A DNA stretch of 64,000 bases from Candidatus Moranbacteria bacterium RIFOXYB1_FULL_43_19 (GCA_001784875.1 MFSH01000015.1:47933-111932); one strand, 5' to 3'. Counted from the first letter of the stretch, positions 48,131 through 58,341 are shown. Program-made: numbers and translations. Notes: generated by a model not told the origin, from the letters alone.

Positions 48131-48215
48131 TTTTTTACGAATAACGAATTTATTTTTTTATTCGTAATTCGTATATTCGTAAAGCGAAGCGTATTCGTAA
48201 TTTGTTGAGATCTTC

Positions 48216-49634
48216 ATGAAAAAGTCCGAACTATTTTTCGCGATACTGCTTGTCCCGGTTGATTTCATCATGATAATCGCGGCTTCCGTCCTCGCTTTTT
48301 GGTTTCGTTTCACCCCCAACATAATTGAAATAAAACCCGTCCTGTTCGATTTTCCTTTTGAGTCATATCTCAAGGTCGCGATTCTTGTCGCGCCGTTTTT
48401 TTTGCTGATTTTTGCTCTTGAAGGCCTATATTCGCTCAAATCCACTCGTGTTTTTTGGAAGGAATTCATCAAAATTGTTTTTTCAGTCACCGTGGGTGTC
48501 ACCTTTGTCGTTCTTTTGATCTTTCTCCAACGAGAATGGTTCTCTTCGCGTTTTGTCATTCTAACCGGCTGGCTCCTGGCGATAATTCTAATCACAATAT
48601 CCCGATATGTCATAAACTTTATCCAAAAACTTCTTCTTGTTTACAAAGGCATTGGTGTCCACCGGCTGGTGCTCATCGGGGAGGGAGGTTACTGCGACAC
48701 AATCTGTCATGAATTCAAAAACAAGCCCGACTTCGGATATCGGATAGTTTCGAAAGAAAAAAAAATAGATCTTGATTCTCTGAGGCTTCTTCAAAAGACG
48801 AAAGGAATTGATGAAATTCTCATCTGCGATCCCAATCTAACCATGAGGGATCTTCGCCAAGTGAGCGATTTTTGCCATCGCAAAAGGATTGAATTCAAGT
48901 TTGTTCCAGCCATTCTTCAGTCAATCAGCACAAATTTTGAAGTGAAGGTTCTTTTTGACGAGCCCCTTATACTTATAAAAAACACCCCTCTTGAAGGATG
49001 GGGAAAAATAGCCAAAAGAATTTTTGACATTTTCGGTTCGATTCTGGGGATTATCGTTACTTCGCCAATCACGATTTTCACGGCGATTGCGATCAAGCTT
49101 GATTCCAAGGGGCCGATAATTTTCAAAAATGAGCGAGTAGGCCACGAAGGAAATTTCAACGTCTATAAATTCCGTTATATGAAAATGGAATATTGCACCG
49201 GATCTCAGAATCCCAATTTCAAAAAAGCTCTTGAGCTTGAAAATGAACTCATAGAAAAGCAAAGCGTCCGCCGGGGCCCGCTCTATAAAATAAAAAACGA
49301 TCCCCGAAAAACCCGGGTAGGAAGAATCATCGAAGCGCTCTCAATTGACGAGCTTCCTCAGCTCTGGAATGTTCTCAAGGGGGAGATGAGCCTCGTTGGT
49401 CCACGTCCCCATCAGCCGCGGGAAGTCGAAAAATATGAAACCTGGCAAAAAAGAGCTTTGTCCGTGAAACCCGGAATCACGGGACTGGCGCAAATATCCG
49501 GCCGCTCCGATCTTTCTTTTTCCGACGAGGCGCGCCTCGATATCTACTATATCGAGAACTGGTCGCTCTGGCTCGATATCCAAATTATCTTCAAGACATT
49601 TTTCGTACTGCTCAAAAAAAGAAAGAATCTGTAA
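48216..49634 (+). CDS. Polyprenyl-phosphate sugar phosphotransferase (WbaP/WcaJ-like bacterial sugar transferase)
   Basis: N-terminal TM bundle, C-terminal PIIFKNERVG...LPQLWNVLKGEMSLVGPRP. Confidence 0.85.
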   Translation: MKKSELFFAILLVPVDFIMIIAASVLAFWFRFTPNIIEIKPVLFDFPFESYLKVAILVAPFFLLIFALEGLYSLKSTRVFWKEFIKIVFSVTVGVTFVVLLIFLQREWFSSRFVILTGWLLAIILITISRYVINFIQKLLLVYKGIGVHRLVLIGEGGYCDTICHEFKNKPDFGYRIVSKEKKIDLDSLRLLQKTKGIDEILICDPNLTMRDLRQVSDFCHRKRIEFKFVPAILQSISTNFEVKVLFDEPLILIKNTPLEGWGKIAKRIFDIFGSILGIIVTSPITIFTAIAIKLDSKGPIIFKNERVGHEGNFNVYKFRYMKMEYCTGSQNPNFKKALELENELIEKQSVRRGPLYKIKNDPRKTRVGRIIEALSIDELPQLWNVLKGEMSLVGPRPHQPREVEKYETWQKRALSVKPGITGLAQISGRSDLSFSDEARLDIYYIENWSLWLDIQIIFKTFFVLLKKRKNL

Positions 49635-49643
49635 AAAATATCC

Positions 49644-50237
49644 ATGTTCCAACATCCTTCTCAAGAGCTGGTTCATATCCTTTCTCTTTGGGGCTATCCC
49701 ACCATGCTTCTTCTTATGACGCTTGAGGGGCCGGTTGTAACCATAATCGCGGCCTTTTTGGCTTCAATTGGTTATTTCAACGTCTTCGCCGTTTTCGGAT
49801 TGAGCGTGGCGGGAGATGTCATCGGGGACGTTGTACTCTACTCCATCGGATATTTCGGGGGACAAAAAATTCTTCCCAAAGTTGAAAAGCTTTTGAAAGT
49901 CAACCAGTCCACCGTTGATAAATTGAAACAGAAGTTTCACGAAAACAGCGGGAGAATAATTTTCTACGTGAAATCCACTACGGGACTTTCCTATATCACC
50001 TTTATCACGGCTGGAACGCTCAAGATGCGCCTTTCGAAATTCGTCAAATTTTCCATTCTTGGCGGGCTGGTCTGGAGCTCTATGCTGGTTGCGGTCGGTT
50101 ATTTCTTCGGATACGCGGCGGACCGCATCAGTGAATATATCAAATACGCGGGGTATATCATTTTTGCCGCCGCGGTGATTTTTTTTGTCGGATTGGGGTG
50201 GTACAAAAAAAGGCAGGCGAGGGAGATTTTGGAGTAG
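49644..50237 (+). CDS. DedA/VTT-family membrane protein
   Basis: LEGPVVTIIAAFLAS...GDVIGDVVLYSIGYFGG DedA signature. Confidence 0.7.
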   Translation: MFQHPSQELVHILSLWGYPTMLLLMTLEGPVVTIIAAFLASIGYFNVFAVFGLSVAGDVIGDVVLYSIGYFGGQKILPKVEKLLKVNQSTVDKLKQKFHENSGRIIFYVKSTTGLSYITFITAGTLKMRLSKFVKFSILGGLVWSSMLVAVGYFFGYAADRISEYIKYAGYIIFAAAVIFFVGLGWYKKRQAREILE

Positions 50238-50383
50238 TTTCGTGCTGATAATTTTGTGAGTTCTCACTGCAATTAGTTGCAGTGGGTATTTTTTTAAAAA
50301 ATTGACAAATTTCGCGTTTTGTCGCAAGCTACAAAGAATTCCTTAAAAAATGAATAAAAATTCCCCGCGAGGAGGGTGGAAAA

Positions 50384-51352
50384 TTGAAGATTATTGCGAC
50401 TTCAGATTGGCATGAAACTCCCTTTAAAAAAGATAAATTCAAAACCCAAAAGCCGAATTGGATCGAAAAGATCATCATTTGGCTCACGAGCAGCCAGAAA
50501 AAGCTGCAGCGGATATTCGTCCGAATGACTGAAGTCATTCGGGAGGAGAAGATTGAAATCGTCATTCATAACGGGGATCTCATGGAAAATCCTCAAAATG
50601 AGCAAGGTCTCGTGACTCGAGAAGGAATACAAACTGCCAAACAAATACGCCGGTCTTTTTGCTGGGAAAATCATGTTCACATGCAAATAAATGCCGGCAA
50701 TCATTGCCTGGGATACAGGTTACCGCTTTCCACTGACCCTGAAGGAGGCATAAGTCTTGCCAGTATAAAAGGATTTCAAGAATTGACGGGTACGCACGGA
50801 GAATCTCTTTGCCGCTTATTCAACTACAAAGGTCATTCATTCGTTTTTGTTCCCTTTGGGTTGGTTCAAGAATTCGCAAAAGATTTCGACATCGAGGAAT
50901 TCAAGGCAATCATAATAAACGACCTTTGGAATATCTTTCAGGGTCTGGGAGAAAGAAAAATAATTCTTTTCCTTCATGATCCGGAAGCCCTTGCAAATGA
51001 CGACTTATACCGGGTCATTCGGCGACATCAAAACAAAATCAGGCACGTTTTCTGCGGGCATTGGCATGCCGCTTGGAGCTTCTGGTCGAATTGGCTGCTG
51101 GCAAAAATCTTCAACAACTGGTGGCTATATCCCGATGATCTGTTTGTCCGCTTTCTTCTTCTACTGCTCTCAAAAAGTTTGAGGATATCCGGCGAAGTAA
51201 AGCGAAGCTTCAAGCGCTTTAAAGACGTTCCTGCGCGAATGCGAGAGCTGGGGGTTACAATTATACCGGCCCCGCTCGGGATGTTGGGATTTGGAGGAGG
51301 ATTTCTGACCTTGGATATGGAGACTATGGAAATTCAAAAATTTTCAGCGTGA
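50384..51352 (+). CDS. Calcineurin-like metallophosphoesterase
   Basis: DWHE, GDLME, GNHC, FCGHWH metal-ligand motifs; TTG start as given by the ORF track. Confidence 0.6.
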   Translation: MKIIATSDWHETPFKKDKFKTQKPNWIEKIIIWLTSSQKKLQRIFVRMTEVIREEKIEIVIHNGDLMENPQNEQGLVTREGIQTAKQIRRSFCWENHVHMQINAGNHCLGYRLPLSTDPEGGISLASIKGFQELTGTHGESLCRLFNYKGHSFVFVPFGLVQEFAKDFDIEEFKAIIINDLWNIFQGLGERKIILFLHDPEALANDDLYRVIRRHQNKIRHVFCGHWHAAWSFWSNWLLAKIFNNWWLYPDDLFVRFLLLLLSKSLRISGEVKRSFKRFKDVPARMRELGVTIIPAPLGMLGFGGGFLTLDMETMEIQKFSA

Positions 51353-51383
51353 GCATTGTCGAGGTCCCACCTCGATGTCTTAC

Positions 51384-51413
51384 AGGGCCTGTCGGTGGCG
51401 GCAGGCCTTTTTT
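51384..51413 (+). terminator. Rho-independent terminator
   Basis: ggcctgtcg-gtgg-cggcaggcc hairpin followed by TTTTTTATT. Confidence 0.6.
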
Positions 51414-51619
51414 ATTGCCAAAATTCCCCAAAAAAGCTACAATTCACTTGAAATATTCGCAATTCGCTCAAAATCGTATATTCGTATAGATTCGCCCGCC
51501 TGCTTTGAAATGCTTTTCTGTAGCAGAGTATTAATCAAAAATAAGTAGTCAAATATATCGCTCGAATAAGCATTGAATAAATTCAAAGCATTTCGGGCAG
51601 GTAATTCGTTGAGAATTTC

Positions 51620-52723
51620 ATGAAAATAGCCTTAGTCCACGATTATCTCGTCCAATACGGCGGGGCGGAAAGAGTGCTCGAATGTTTCACGGAAATTTGG
51701 CCGTATGCGCCGATTTATACGCTGATTTACGACGAGGAAAAAACGCATGGTATATTCAAAGGGAAGAGAATTTATACGTCATTTCTCCAAAAGTTTCCCT
51801 ATGCGCGCGCCAACCACCGCGTTTTTCCGCCGCTGATGCCCCCGGCCATCGAGCAGTTTGATTTTTCAAAATACGACATTGTACTTTCTGACTCTTCAAG
51901 CTATGCCAAAGGCGCCATCACAAACCCACAGACGCTTCATATCTGCTACTGCCACACGCCAATGAGATATGCCTGGGACGACTGCCAGAAATATATCGAA
52001 GAATTTGGCTTTCCCCGCTTCGTCAAAAAAATGGTTCCTTTTTTCATGAACTATATCCGGATTTGGGATAGGGTCAGCGCCGATCGGCCGGATGAATACA
52101 TCGCCAATTCCAAATTTGTCGCCGGTCGGATAAAAAAATATTATAAAAAAGATTCCCATGTCATAAACCCGCCCGTGGACGTCAAAAAATTTTATATCAG
52201 CGAAAAGACCGGAAATTATTTTTTGATGGTAGGGCGCCTAATGACCTACAAGCGCTTCGATATTGTCATCGAAGCCTTCAATCGGCTTGGCTGGCCTCTC
52301 AAAATAATCGGCCGGGGGCCTGACTTCAAGAGGCTTCAGAAAATGGCCAAAGAAAATATTGTTTTTATGGGAAGGCTTAGCGACGAAGAGCTGGCTAAAA
52401 CATATTCCGAAGCCAAAGCTTTTATCTTTCCACAAGAAGAAGACTTCGGAATTGTTGCCATTGAAGCCATGGCCGCGGGTAAGCCGATAGTCGCTTTTCA
52501 CGGCGGCGATATTGTGGAGCACGTGGCGGACAAAAAAGAGGGAATATTTTTCGAAGAGCAAACGGCTGATTCCCTGATCGGCGCTCTCAAAAAATTTGAA
52601 CCCGAAAAATTCGATGCCCGGAGAATAAGAGAAAAAGCGCTTCCGTTTGACAGGGAAATATTTAAGAGTAGAATAAAACAATACATAGAAAATGGCTTGA
52701 GTAAGCATAAAAACAGATTATAA
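51620..52723 (+). CDS. GT4-family glycosyltransferase
   Basis: EDFGIVAIEAMAAGKPIVA (E-x7-E region). Confidence 0.8.
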   Translation: MKIALVHDYLVQYGGAERVLECFTEIWPYAPIYTLIYDEEKTHGIFKGKRIYTSFLQKFPYARANHRVFPPLMPPAIEQFDFSKYDIVLSDSSSYAKGAITNPQTLHICYCHTPMRYAWDDCQKYIEEFGFPRFVKKMVPFFMNYIRIWDRVSADRPDEYIANSKFVAGRIKKYYKKDSHVINPPVDVKKFYISEKTGNYFLMVGRLMTYKRFDIVIEAFNRLGWPLKIIGRGPDFKRLQKMAKENIVFMGRLSDEELAKTYSEAKAFIFPQEEDFGIVAIEAMAAGKPIVAFHGGDIVEHVADKKEGIFFEEQTADSLIGALKKFEPEKFDARRIREKALPFDREIFKSRIKQYIENGLSKHKNRL

Positions 52724-52785
52724 GCCGTAAAGCAATTCGTAATTGGAAATTTGTAATTTGGATATATTTTTATCCCAGTTACTGA

Positions 52786-53430
52786 TTGCGAATTGCAAAT
52801 TATAATTTTATGGAACTTCGAGAATATTATAAAATTTTAAAATCAAATATCTCAGTTGTTATGTATGCAACTCTTATCACTGTTGTGATTGTTTATGCTT
52901 GGTCAGTCCGACGATCAGAGACTTTTTCTGCCTCATTTCTTTTGAGTGTTGGCCGATTAGCCAGCCAGGACACGGCTGATTACCGGTATGACCAGTTTTA
53001 TCGTTTTCAGGCTGACGAAAAATTTGCTGAAACCATAGTCCAGTGGCTTTCTTCTCCAGGAGTGTCGAAAAGCATTCTTGACAAGGCCGAAGTAAAATCC
53101 GATGGAAAAACAATCCGCCAGCTTTCAAAAAGCTTCCGGGCGGAAAAAATTTCAAGTAGCCTGGTCGGCGTCCGCTACGGGACCCAATCGGAAGATGAAG
53201 GGAAAAAACTGGCTGTTGCCATATCTTCTCTTGTGTTAGACAAGACGAAAAATATGAATTCGGAGGCGCGAGACCCAGATTGGTTTTCAGTCGATATGGC
53301 AAATCTGATTGTTGCAAAAAATACCCAGGACTTGAGGATAAATCTGGGGCTCGCGGCGCTTTTCGGAATTTTCATTGGTTCGCTCCTGGCTTTCGGGAAA
53401 CATTATATTTCGGACGAAACAGAAAAATGA
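52786..53430 (+). CDS. Bitopic membrane protein, possibly a Wzz-like polysaccharide chain-length determinant
   Basis: N-terminal and C-terminal TM helices flanking a soluble domain of about 150 aa; inside a glycan locus; assignment tentative. Confidence 0.3.
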   Translation: MRIANYNFMELREYYKILKSNISVVMYATLITVVIVYAWSVRRSETFSASFLLSVGRLASQDTADYRYDQFYRFQADEKFAETIVQWLSSPGVSKSILDKAEVKSDGKTIRQLSKSFRAEKISSSLVGVRYGTQSEDEGKKLAVAISSLVLDKTKNMNSEARDPDWFSVDMANLIVAKNTQDLRINLGLAALFGIFIGSLLAFGKHYISDETEK

Positions 53431-54566
53431 GAATTGGAATTGATTTGAGATGTCTTGAGGAGGAAAAAATATCCGGAGTGGGGGAATACGCGCTGGAAAT
53501 TGTTCGAAATCTGCTCGAGATTGACCGGGAAAACCAGTACGTCATTTTTTCAAATTCGTTCAAAGAGAAAGGCAAAAATTTCAGTTTTCTTGAAAATTAT
53601 CCCCACGTCAAGGTAAGCCGGTTTCGGTACTCCAATAAACTGCTTAATTTGCTCCTTTGGTATTTTGGCTGGCCGAAACTGGACGAACTCATTGGGGACG
53701 CAGATATTTTTTTTGCGCCGAATATCAATTTTCTCGCAGTCTCCAAAAATTGCAAACTAGTCACGACTTTTCACGACCTTTCCTTTGAAAGATTTCCGGA
53801 ATTTTTCACGGCTAAAACCCGCCTTTGGCACTTTTATTTCGTCAATCCCCGCCGGATTGCCCAAAGATCAAATCGAGTCATTGCTGTTTCCCGCTCAACC
53901 AGAAATGATCTTAATGAAATCTACAAAATCGATGCCGGGAAGATAAGCGTTATCCAGCATGGAGTAAGCGAGGACTACAAGATTATCAGCCGCAATGATT
54001 CCAAAATGCTCGAAGTTCAGAAAAAATATAGCCTGCCTTACAAATTTATTTTATATCTAGGAAATATTGAGCCGAGAAAAAATATTGAATCCTTCGTGCG
54101 GGCCTTCAGCAAACTTCAAAAAGATGATCCGGCTTTGAGAAAATACAAGCTCGTTTTGGTCGGAAAAACCAGCCCGCTTTGCGAAGATATGGCGGCAAAA
54201 AATGATATTTTGGCTGTTGGATATATTGACCGTGAAGACAGGCCCTTTGTCTATAATCTGGCTTCACTTTTTGTTTACCCGTCTTTCTTCGAAGGCTTCG
54301 GGATGCCGGTTCTTGAAGCCATGGCTTGCGGAACACCAGTGATTGCTTCAAATAATTCCTCAATTCCGGAAATAGCTGGAAAATCAGCCTTGATGATAAG
54401 TCCAAACCGTTCGGATGAATTATGCAAAGCCATTCGAAATATATTAAGTAACGATAAATTGTATAACAGATTGCGCGAAAGAGGGCTAAAGCAGTCAAAA
54501 AATTTCAGCTGGAAAAAGTGTGCTGAAAAAACATTAGAAATTTTCAAAGATATCCATAACTCATAA
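53427..54566 (+). CDS. GT4-family glycosyltransferase
   Basis: EGFGMPVLEAMACGTPVIASNNSSIPEIAG; ATGA overlap with the upstream gene; start moved to the internal Met. Confidence 0.8.
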   Translation: MRIGIDLRCLEEEKISGVGEYALEIVRNLLEIDRENQYVIFSNSFKEKGKNFSFLENYPHVKVSRFRYSNKLLNLLLWYFGWPKLDELIGDADIFFAPNINFLAVSKNCKLVTTFHDLSFERFPEFFTAKTRLWHFYFVNPRRIAQRSNRVIAVSRSTRNDLNEIYKIDAGKISVIQHGVSEDYKIISRNDSKMLEVQKKYSLPYKFILYLGNIEPRKNIESFVRAFSKLQKDDPALRKYKLVLVGKTSPLCEDMAAKNDILAVGYIDREDRPFVYNLASLFVYPSFFEGFGMPVLEAMACGTPVIASNNSSIPEIAGKSALMISPNRSDELCKAIRNILSNDKLYNRLRERGLKQSKNFSWKKCAEKTLEIFKDIHNS

Positions 54567-54616
54567 TCTCCGCTCGAGGCGAATCTCGCCGAAGGCAACC
54601 GTATTTTCTCATTTTT

Positions 54617-55798
54617 ATGCGAATCGGCATTGACGCCCGTTTTTTCGGGTCAATTGGGAAGGGTCTTGGAAGATATACCCAAAAACTGATAGAAAATCTG
54701 GAGAAGATTTCCGCCCAAGGCGGACCAGCTTCTGGCTGGGATAATCAATACTACATTTTTTTGCGCAAGGAAAACTGGGACGAGTATCATCCCAAAAGGG
54801 CAAATTTTTTGAAAGTTCTGGCGGATATTCCCTGGTACGGCTTTCGGGAGCAATTTCAGTTTCCGAAGCTACTCGAAAAATTCGATCTTGATCTTGTTCA
54901 TTTCCCTCATTTCAATGTACCCTTTTTCTACAAAGGAAAATTTGTCGTGACAATCCATGATCTCATTCTTTTTCATTATCCGACCAAACGAGCCTCTACT
55001 TTGTCTGCTTTTTTGTATTTTTTCAAAAAGATAGCTCATCGGCTGGTTATCAGGCGCGCAGTCAAAAAATCAGAAAAAATATTTGCCGTTTCCCGCTATA
55101 CAAAGAATGACATAAGAAAATATTTCGGGATATCCGAAGAGAAAATCGAAGTCACTTATGAGGCTTTTGATCCTGTCCAAAAAAAAACGCATGAGCCCGT
55201 CGGGAAGATTCTCAAAAAGTATGGTATAATAAAGCCGTACATATTGTATGTGGGGAACGCCTATCCTCATAAAAATCTCGAGAGGCTTGTTTTGGTTTTT
55301 CGGGAGATTATCAAAAAACATCCCCATCTTCACTTGATCTTTGTGGGAAAGGAAGATTACTTCTACAAGCGCTTAAAAAAATACGTCTCTCAAAAATCCG
55401 CAGGGAATGTGATATTTGCCGATTATGTTTCTGACGAACATTTGGCTACGGTTTATCACGAAGCTCTCCTTTACGTCTTCCCGTCTCTTTATGAGGGGTT
55501 TGGCCTTCCGCCCCTCGAGGCTATGGCTGAAAATGTTCCGGTGGCGAGCTCGAATAGATCGTGCCTGCCGGAAATACTCGGAAAAGCAGCAATATATTTT
55601 GACCCCCAAGCAATGGCCGAAATGGAGGAAATAATCGAGCGGGCCGTCTCTGACAAAGAGCTTCGGCATGATCTTATCCGGGAAGGAAAAAAACAGATAA
55701 AACAATATAGCTGGGAAGATATGGCTAGAAAGACTTTTGATATATATTCAAGAGTTGGATCACAAAAAAATAAATGCCAATACGGAAACGGATACTAA
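54617..55798 (+). CDS. GT4-family glycosyltransferase
   Basis: EGFGLPPLEAMAENVPVASSNRSCLPEILG. Confidence 0.8.
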   Translation: MRIGIDARFFGSIGKGLGRYTQKLIENLEKISAQGGPASGWDNQYYIFLRKENWDEYHPKRANFLKVLADIPWYGFREQFQFPKLLEKFDLDLVHFPHFNVPFFYKGKFVVTIHDLILFHYPTKRASTLSAFLYFFKKIAHRLVIRRAVKKSEKIFAVSRYTKNDIRKYFGISEEKIEVTYEAFDPVQKKTHEPVGKILKKYGIIKPYILYVGNAYPHKNLERLVLVFREIIKKHPHLHLIFVGKEDYFYKRLKKYVSQKSAGNVIFADYVSDEHLATVYHEALLYVFPSLYEGFGLPPLEAMAENVPVASSNRSCLPEILGKAAIYFDPQAMAEMEEIIERAVSDKELRHDLIREGKKQIKQYSWEDMARKTFDIYSRVGSQKNKCQYGNGY

Positions 55799-58341
55799 AA
55801 CAACTTTATGATGTGAAGCCGACTAGGGCAGATGGCTCTTTAGATTTGGAAAAAATTGAGGGAGCCGGGAGAATCGTGCGAATCGAAAGAAAAATTTTTC
55901 CGGAGAAAAAAAACTTGTATCGGAAAATAAGCGATGTGAGAAAATCCGCCGGTTTTTCCTATAAAAGTTCTCAACTTCCCAAAAAAATTGATCCGGAAAA
56001 GAAAAAAGAAAGCTTTCCGGAGCCAGTGGAAGCGCGGCGGGCAAACATAGTCCAGTTGGGAAAAAAAGTATCCAAAGTATCCGAGGACAACATATCCATT
56101 TCCAGAGTTTATGTTCCGACAGTTTTTCATGACAAAAAAACGGAAGACCAGAAGACTATTGAAGAAAGATTTGACCTCGAACCCAATGACTTTTTTGCTT
56201 GTGAAATTCAAAAAAAGGAAGCTGAATTCGAAAAGCCGAAAACTTCATCTGCGGCTGACATATCGAAGTCAACCGAAAATTTGCTTGGTTCTCTCGAGAA
56301 CCGGAAAAAGAAAAAAAGAAAAAAACTTCGGTTCCGGAAAATTTTTTCAAAAAGCACTCTTCCGGCAAATCTTTTTTCCAACTCCTTTGCTTTTGTTGCG
56401 ACAATCCTTCTTTTTTCTTTGGTAATTCCGTCTTTTGCTCTTGTCCAGAAGGGCCTTGAGACAAAAAAAATGCTCTCTGAATCAGGAGAGAATATTTTGG
56501 GAGAGCTGGCCGTCGCCCAGGAGAATCTTTCCAGCGGCCGATTTGAAAACGCCTCTTCAAATCTTGAGCAGTCTTATGAAATTTTGAAAAATGCGAACAG
56601 CGAAGTTTCAAAAATCGGAGGAGATTTCAGCCAGATTCTGAGGTTCATTCCGGGTGTTTCAAAGGTGGCCACGGCCAATTATCTTCTGGACGCGGGAGAA
56701 AATATTTCACTTGCCGGAAAAACAATCATTGACTCGGTAAAATCGTTGGCAAATATCGAAAATCCTCTGAGCGGCGAAGAAAATGTATCCCTAGCTGAGC
56801 TTTTTTTGAATTTGCGCGGAGGAATCCAGGAGGCCACGGGCAAACTCGAAACGGCAAACGAAGATATAAAAAAGGTCAACTTTGAAGACCTTCCTTCGGA
56901 AATCCAGCCAAAATTCCTTAGCCTCAAAGAAAAACTGCCCGTCGTCATTTCCAGCCTCAATTCTTTTTCTGAAAATTCGAGCATAATCCTGGATGTGCTT
57001 GGCTACAACGGGCCGAGAAAGTTTCTTTTCCTTTTCCAAAACAACCAAGAGATGAGAGCGACAGGAGGCTTCATCGGGAGCTACGGCATCCTCGATATAT
57101 CAGACGGGAGGATCAAAAAGCTTTTTGTTGACGATATATATAATCCTGACGGACAGCTTACCGCCCGAGTGATTCCTCCTGAACCAATCCAGAAAATGAG
57201 CGCCGTTTGGACGATGCACGACGCCAACTGGTTTCCGGATTTTCCGACTTCGGCCGAGAAAGTAGCCTGGTTTTACGAAAAAACAGGCGGACCGACAGTA
57301 GACGGGGTGATCGCCATGACTCCCAGCGTCATTGAAAAAATGCTTTCTGTCACCGGGCCGATCGATATGCCGGAATACGGCGCTACCGTTGACAAAGATA
57401 ATTTCGCTGAAATTGCCCAATACGAAGTTGAGGTTGACTATAACAAAGAACAAAACCAACCGAAGAAATTTATTGCCGATCTCACTCCAGAAATTCTTGA
57501 TAAGCTGATCAATACCAAAAATCCCAAAATGATGCTCGAGACGCTCAACATTCTCAGCTCAGCCCTCAAGGAAAAACACATCCTCGTTTATTCAAAAAAT
57601 TTCAATGTCCAAAAAATGATCTCGGACCAGGGCTGGTCGGGAGAGGTTTTGAATTCAAGCAAAGATTACATGAGCGTCATAAATTCAAACATCAACGGTT
57701 ACAAAACCGACGCCGTGATTGAAGAAACAATCGAACACAAGGCTCAAATCGGAGAGGACGGCGGCATTGTCGACGAAGTGACCATCACCCGGCGTCACAA
57801 CGGAGGAAATAAAAAATATGACTGGTGGAACAAAGTGAACGGAGATTGGGTCAGGGTCTATGTTCCGGAAGGGTCAAAGCTTCTCGAAGCCAGCGGGCAA
57901 ACCCGCGAGTTTGTCAGCGCGCCGCTTGACTACCAATCTCTCCAGTTCAAAAAAGATCCCCAAGTCCAAAGCATTGAAGAGGAAACAAAAGTGGACGAGG
58001 CCAGCGGAACGAGAATATATTCCGAAAACAGGAAAACGGTATTTGCAAACTGGGTTTATGTGAGCCCCGGAGAGACAACGGTTTTGAAATACAAATACCA
58101 GCTTCCCTTCAATCTTTCATTCGACGACCTTCACCACCCGGCAGACTCGTATTCAATCCTCTATCAAAAACAATCCGGGAGTATCGGGAGCAGTTTGAGT
58201 TCTCTGATAACCTTTCCAAACGACTACAAAATCATCTGGAAGTATCCGAATTCGTCAGAAATGAACGGCAATGAAATGACGCTCAAAACAAAACTGGAAA
58301 CAGACAAATTTGTCGGCTTCGCGGTTGAAAAAACACGATGA
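55774..58341 (+). CDS. Large N-terminally anchored extracytoplasmic protein, DUF4012-like
   Basis: TM helix near residue 200; NNQEMRATGGFIGSYGILD motif that I associate with the DUF4012 family (from memory, unverified). Confidence 0.45.
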   Translation: MPIRKRILKQLYDVKPTRADGSLDLEKIEGAGRIVRIERKIFPEKKNLYRKISDVRKSAGFSYKSSQLPKKIDPEKKKESFPEPVEARRANIVQLGKKVSKVSEDNISISRVYVPTVFHDKKTEDQKTIEERFDLEPNDFFACEIQKKEAEFEKPKTSSAADISKSTENLLGSLENRKKKKRKKLRFRKIFSKSTLPANLFSNSFAFVATILLFSLVIPSFALVQKGLETKKMLSESGENILGELAVAQENLSSGRFENASSNLEQSYEILKNANSEVSKIGGDFSQILRFIPGVSKVATANYLLDAGENISLAGKTIIDSVKSLANIENPLSGEENVSLAELFLNLRGGIQEATGKLETANEDIKKVNFEDLPSEIQPKFLSLKEKLPVVISSLNSFSENSSIILDVLGYNGPRKFLFLFQNNQEMRATGGFIGSYGILDISDGRIKKLFVDDIYNPDGQLTARVIPPEPIQKMSAVWTMHDANWFPDFPTSAEKVAWFYEKTGGPTVDGVIAMTPSVIEKMLSVTGPIDMPEYGATVDKDNFAEIAQYEVEVDYNKEQNQPKKFIADLTPEILDKLINTKNPKMMLETLNILSSALKEKHILVYSKNFNVQKMISDQGWSGEVLNSSKDYMSVINSNINGYKTDAVIEETIEHKAQIGEDGGIVDEVTITRRHNGGNKKYDWWNKVNGDWVRVYVPEGSKLLEASGQTREFVSAPLDYQSLQFKKDPQVQSIEEETKVDEASGTRIYSENRKTVFANWVYVSPGETTVLKYKYQLPFNLSFDDLHHPADSYSILYQKQSGSIGSSLSSLITFPNDYKIIWKYPNSSEMNGNEMTLKTKLETDKFVGFAVEKTR

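Noticed and set aside
51353-51380. Hairpin tcgaggt-ccc-acctcga immediately after the metallophosphoesterase gene
   Set aside because: Not followed by a T-run; the adjacent hairpin at 51384-51413 is the better terminator candidate.
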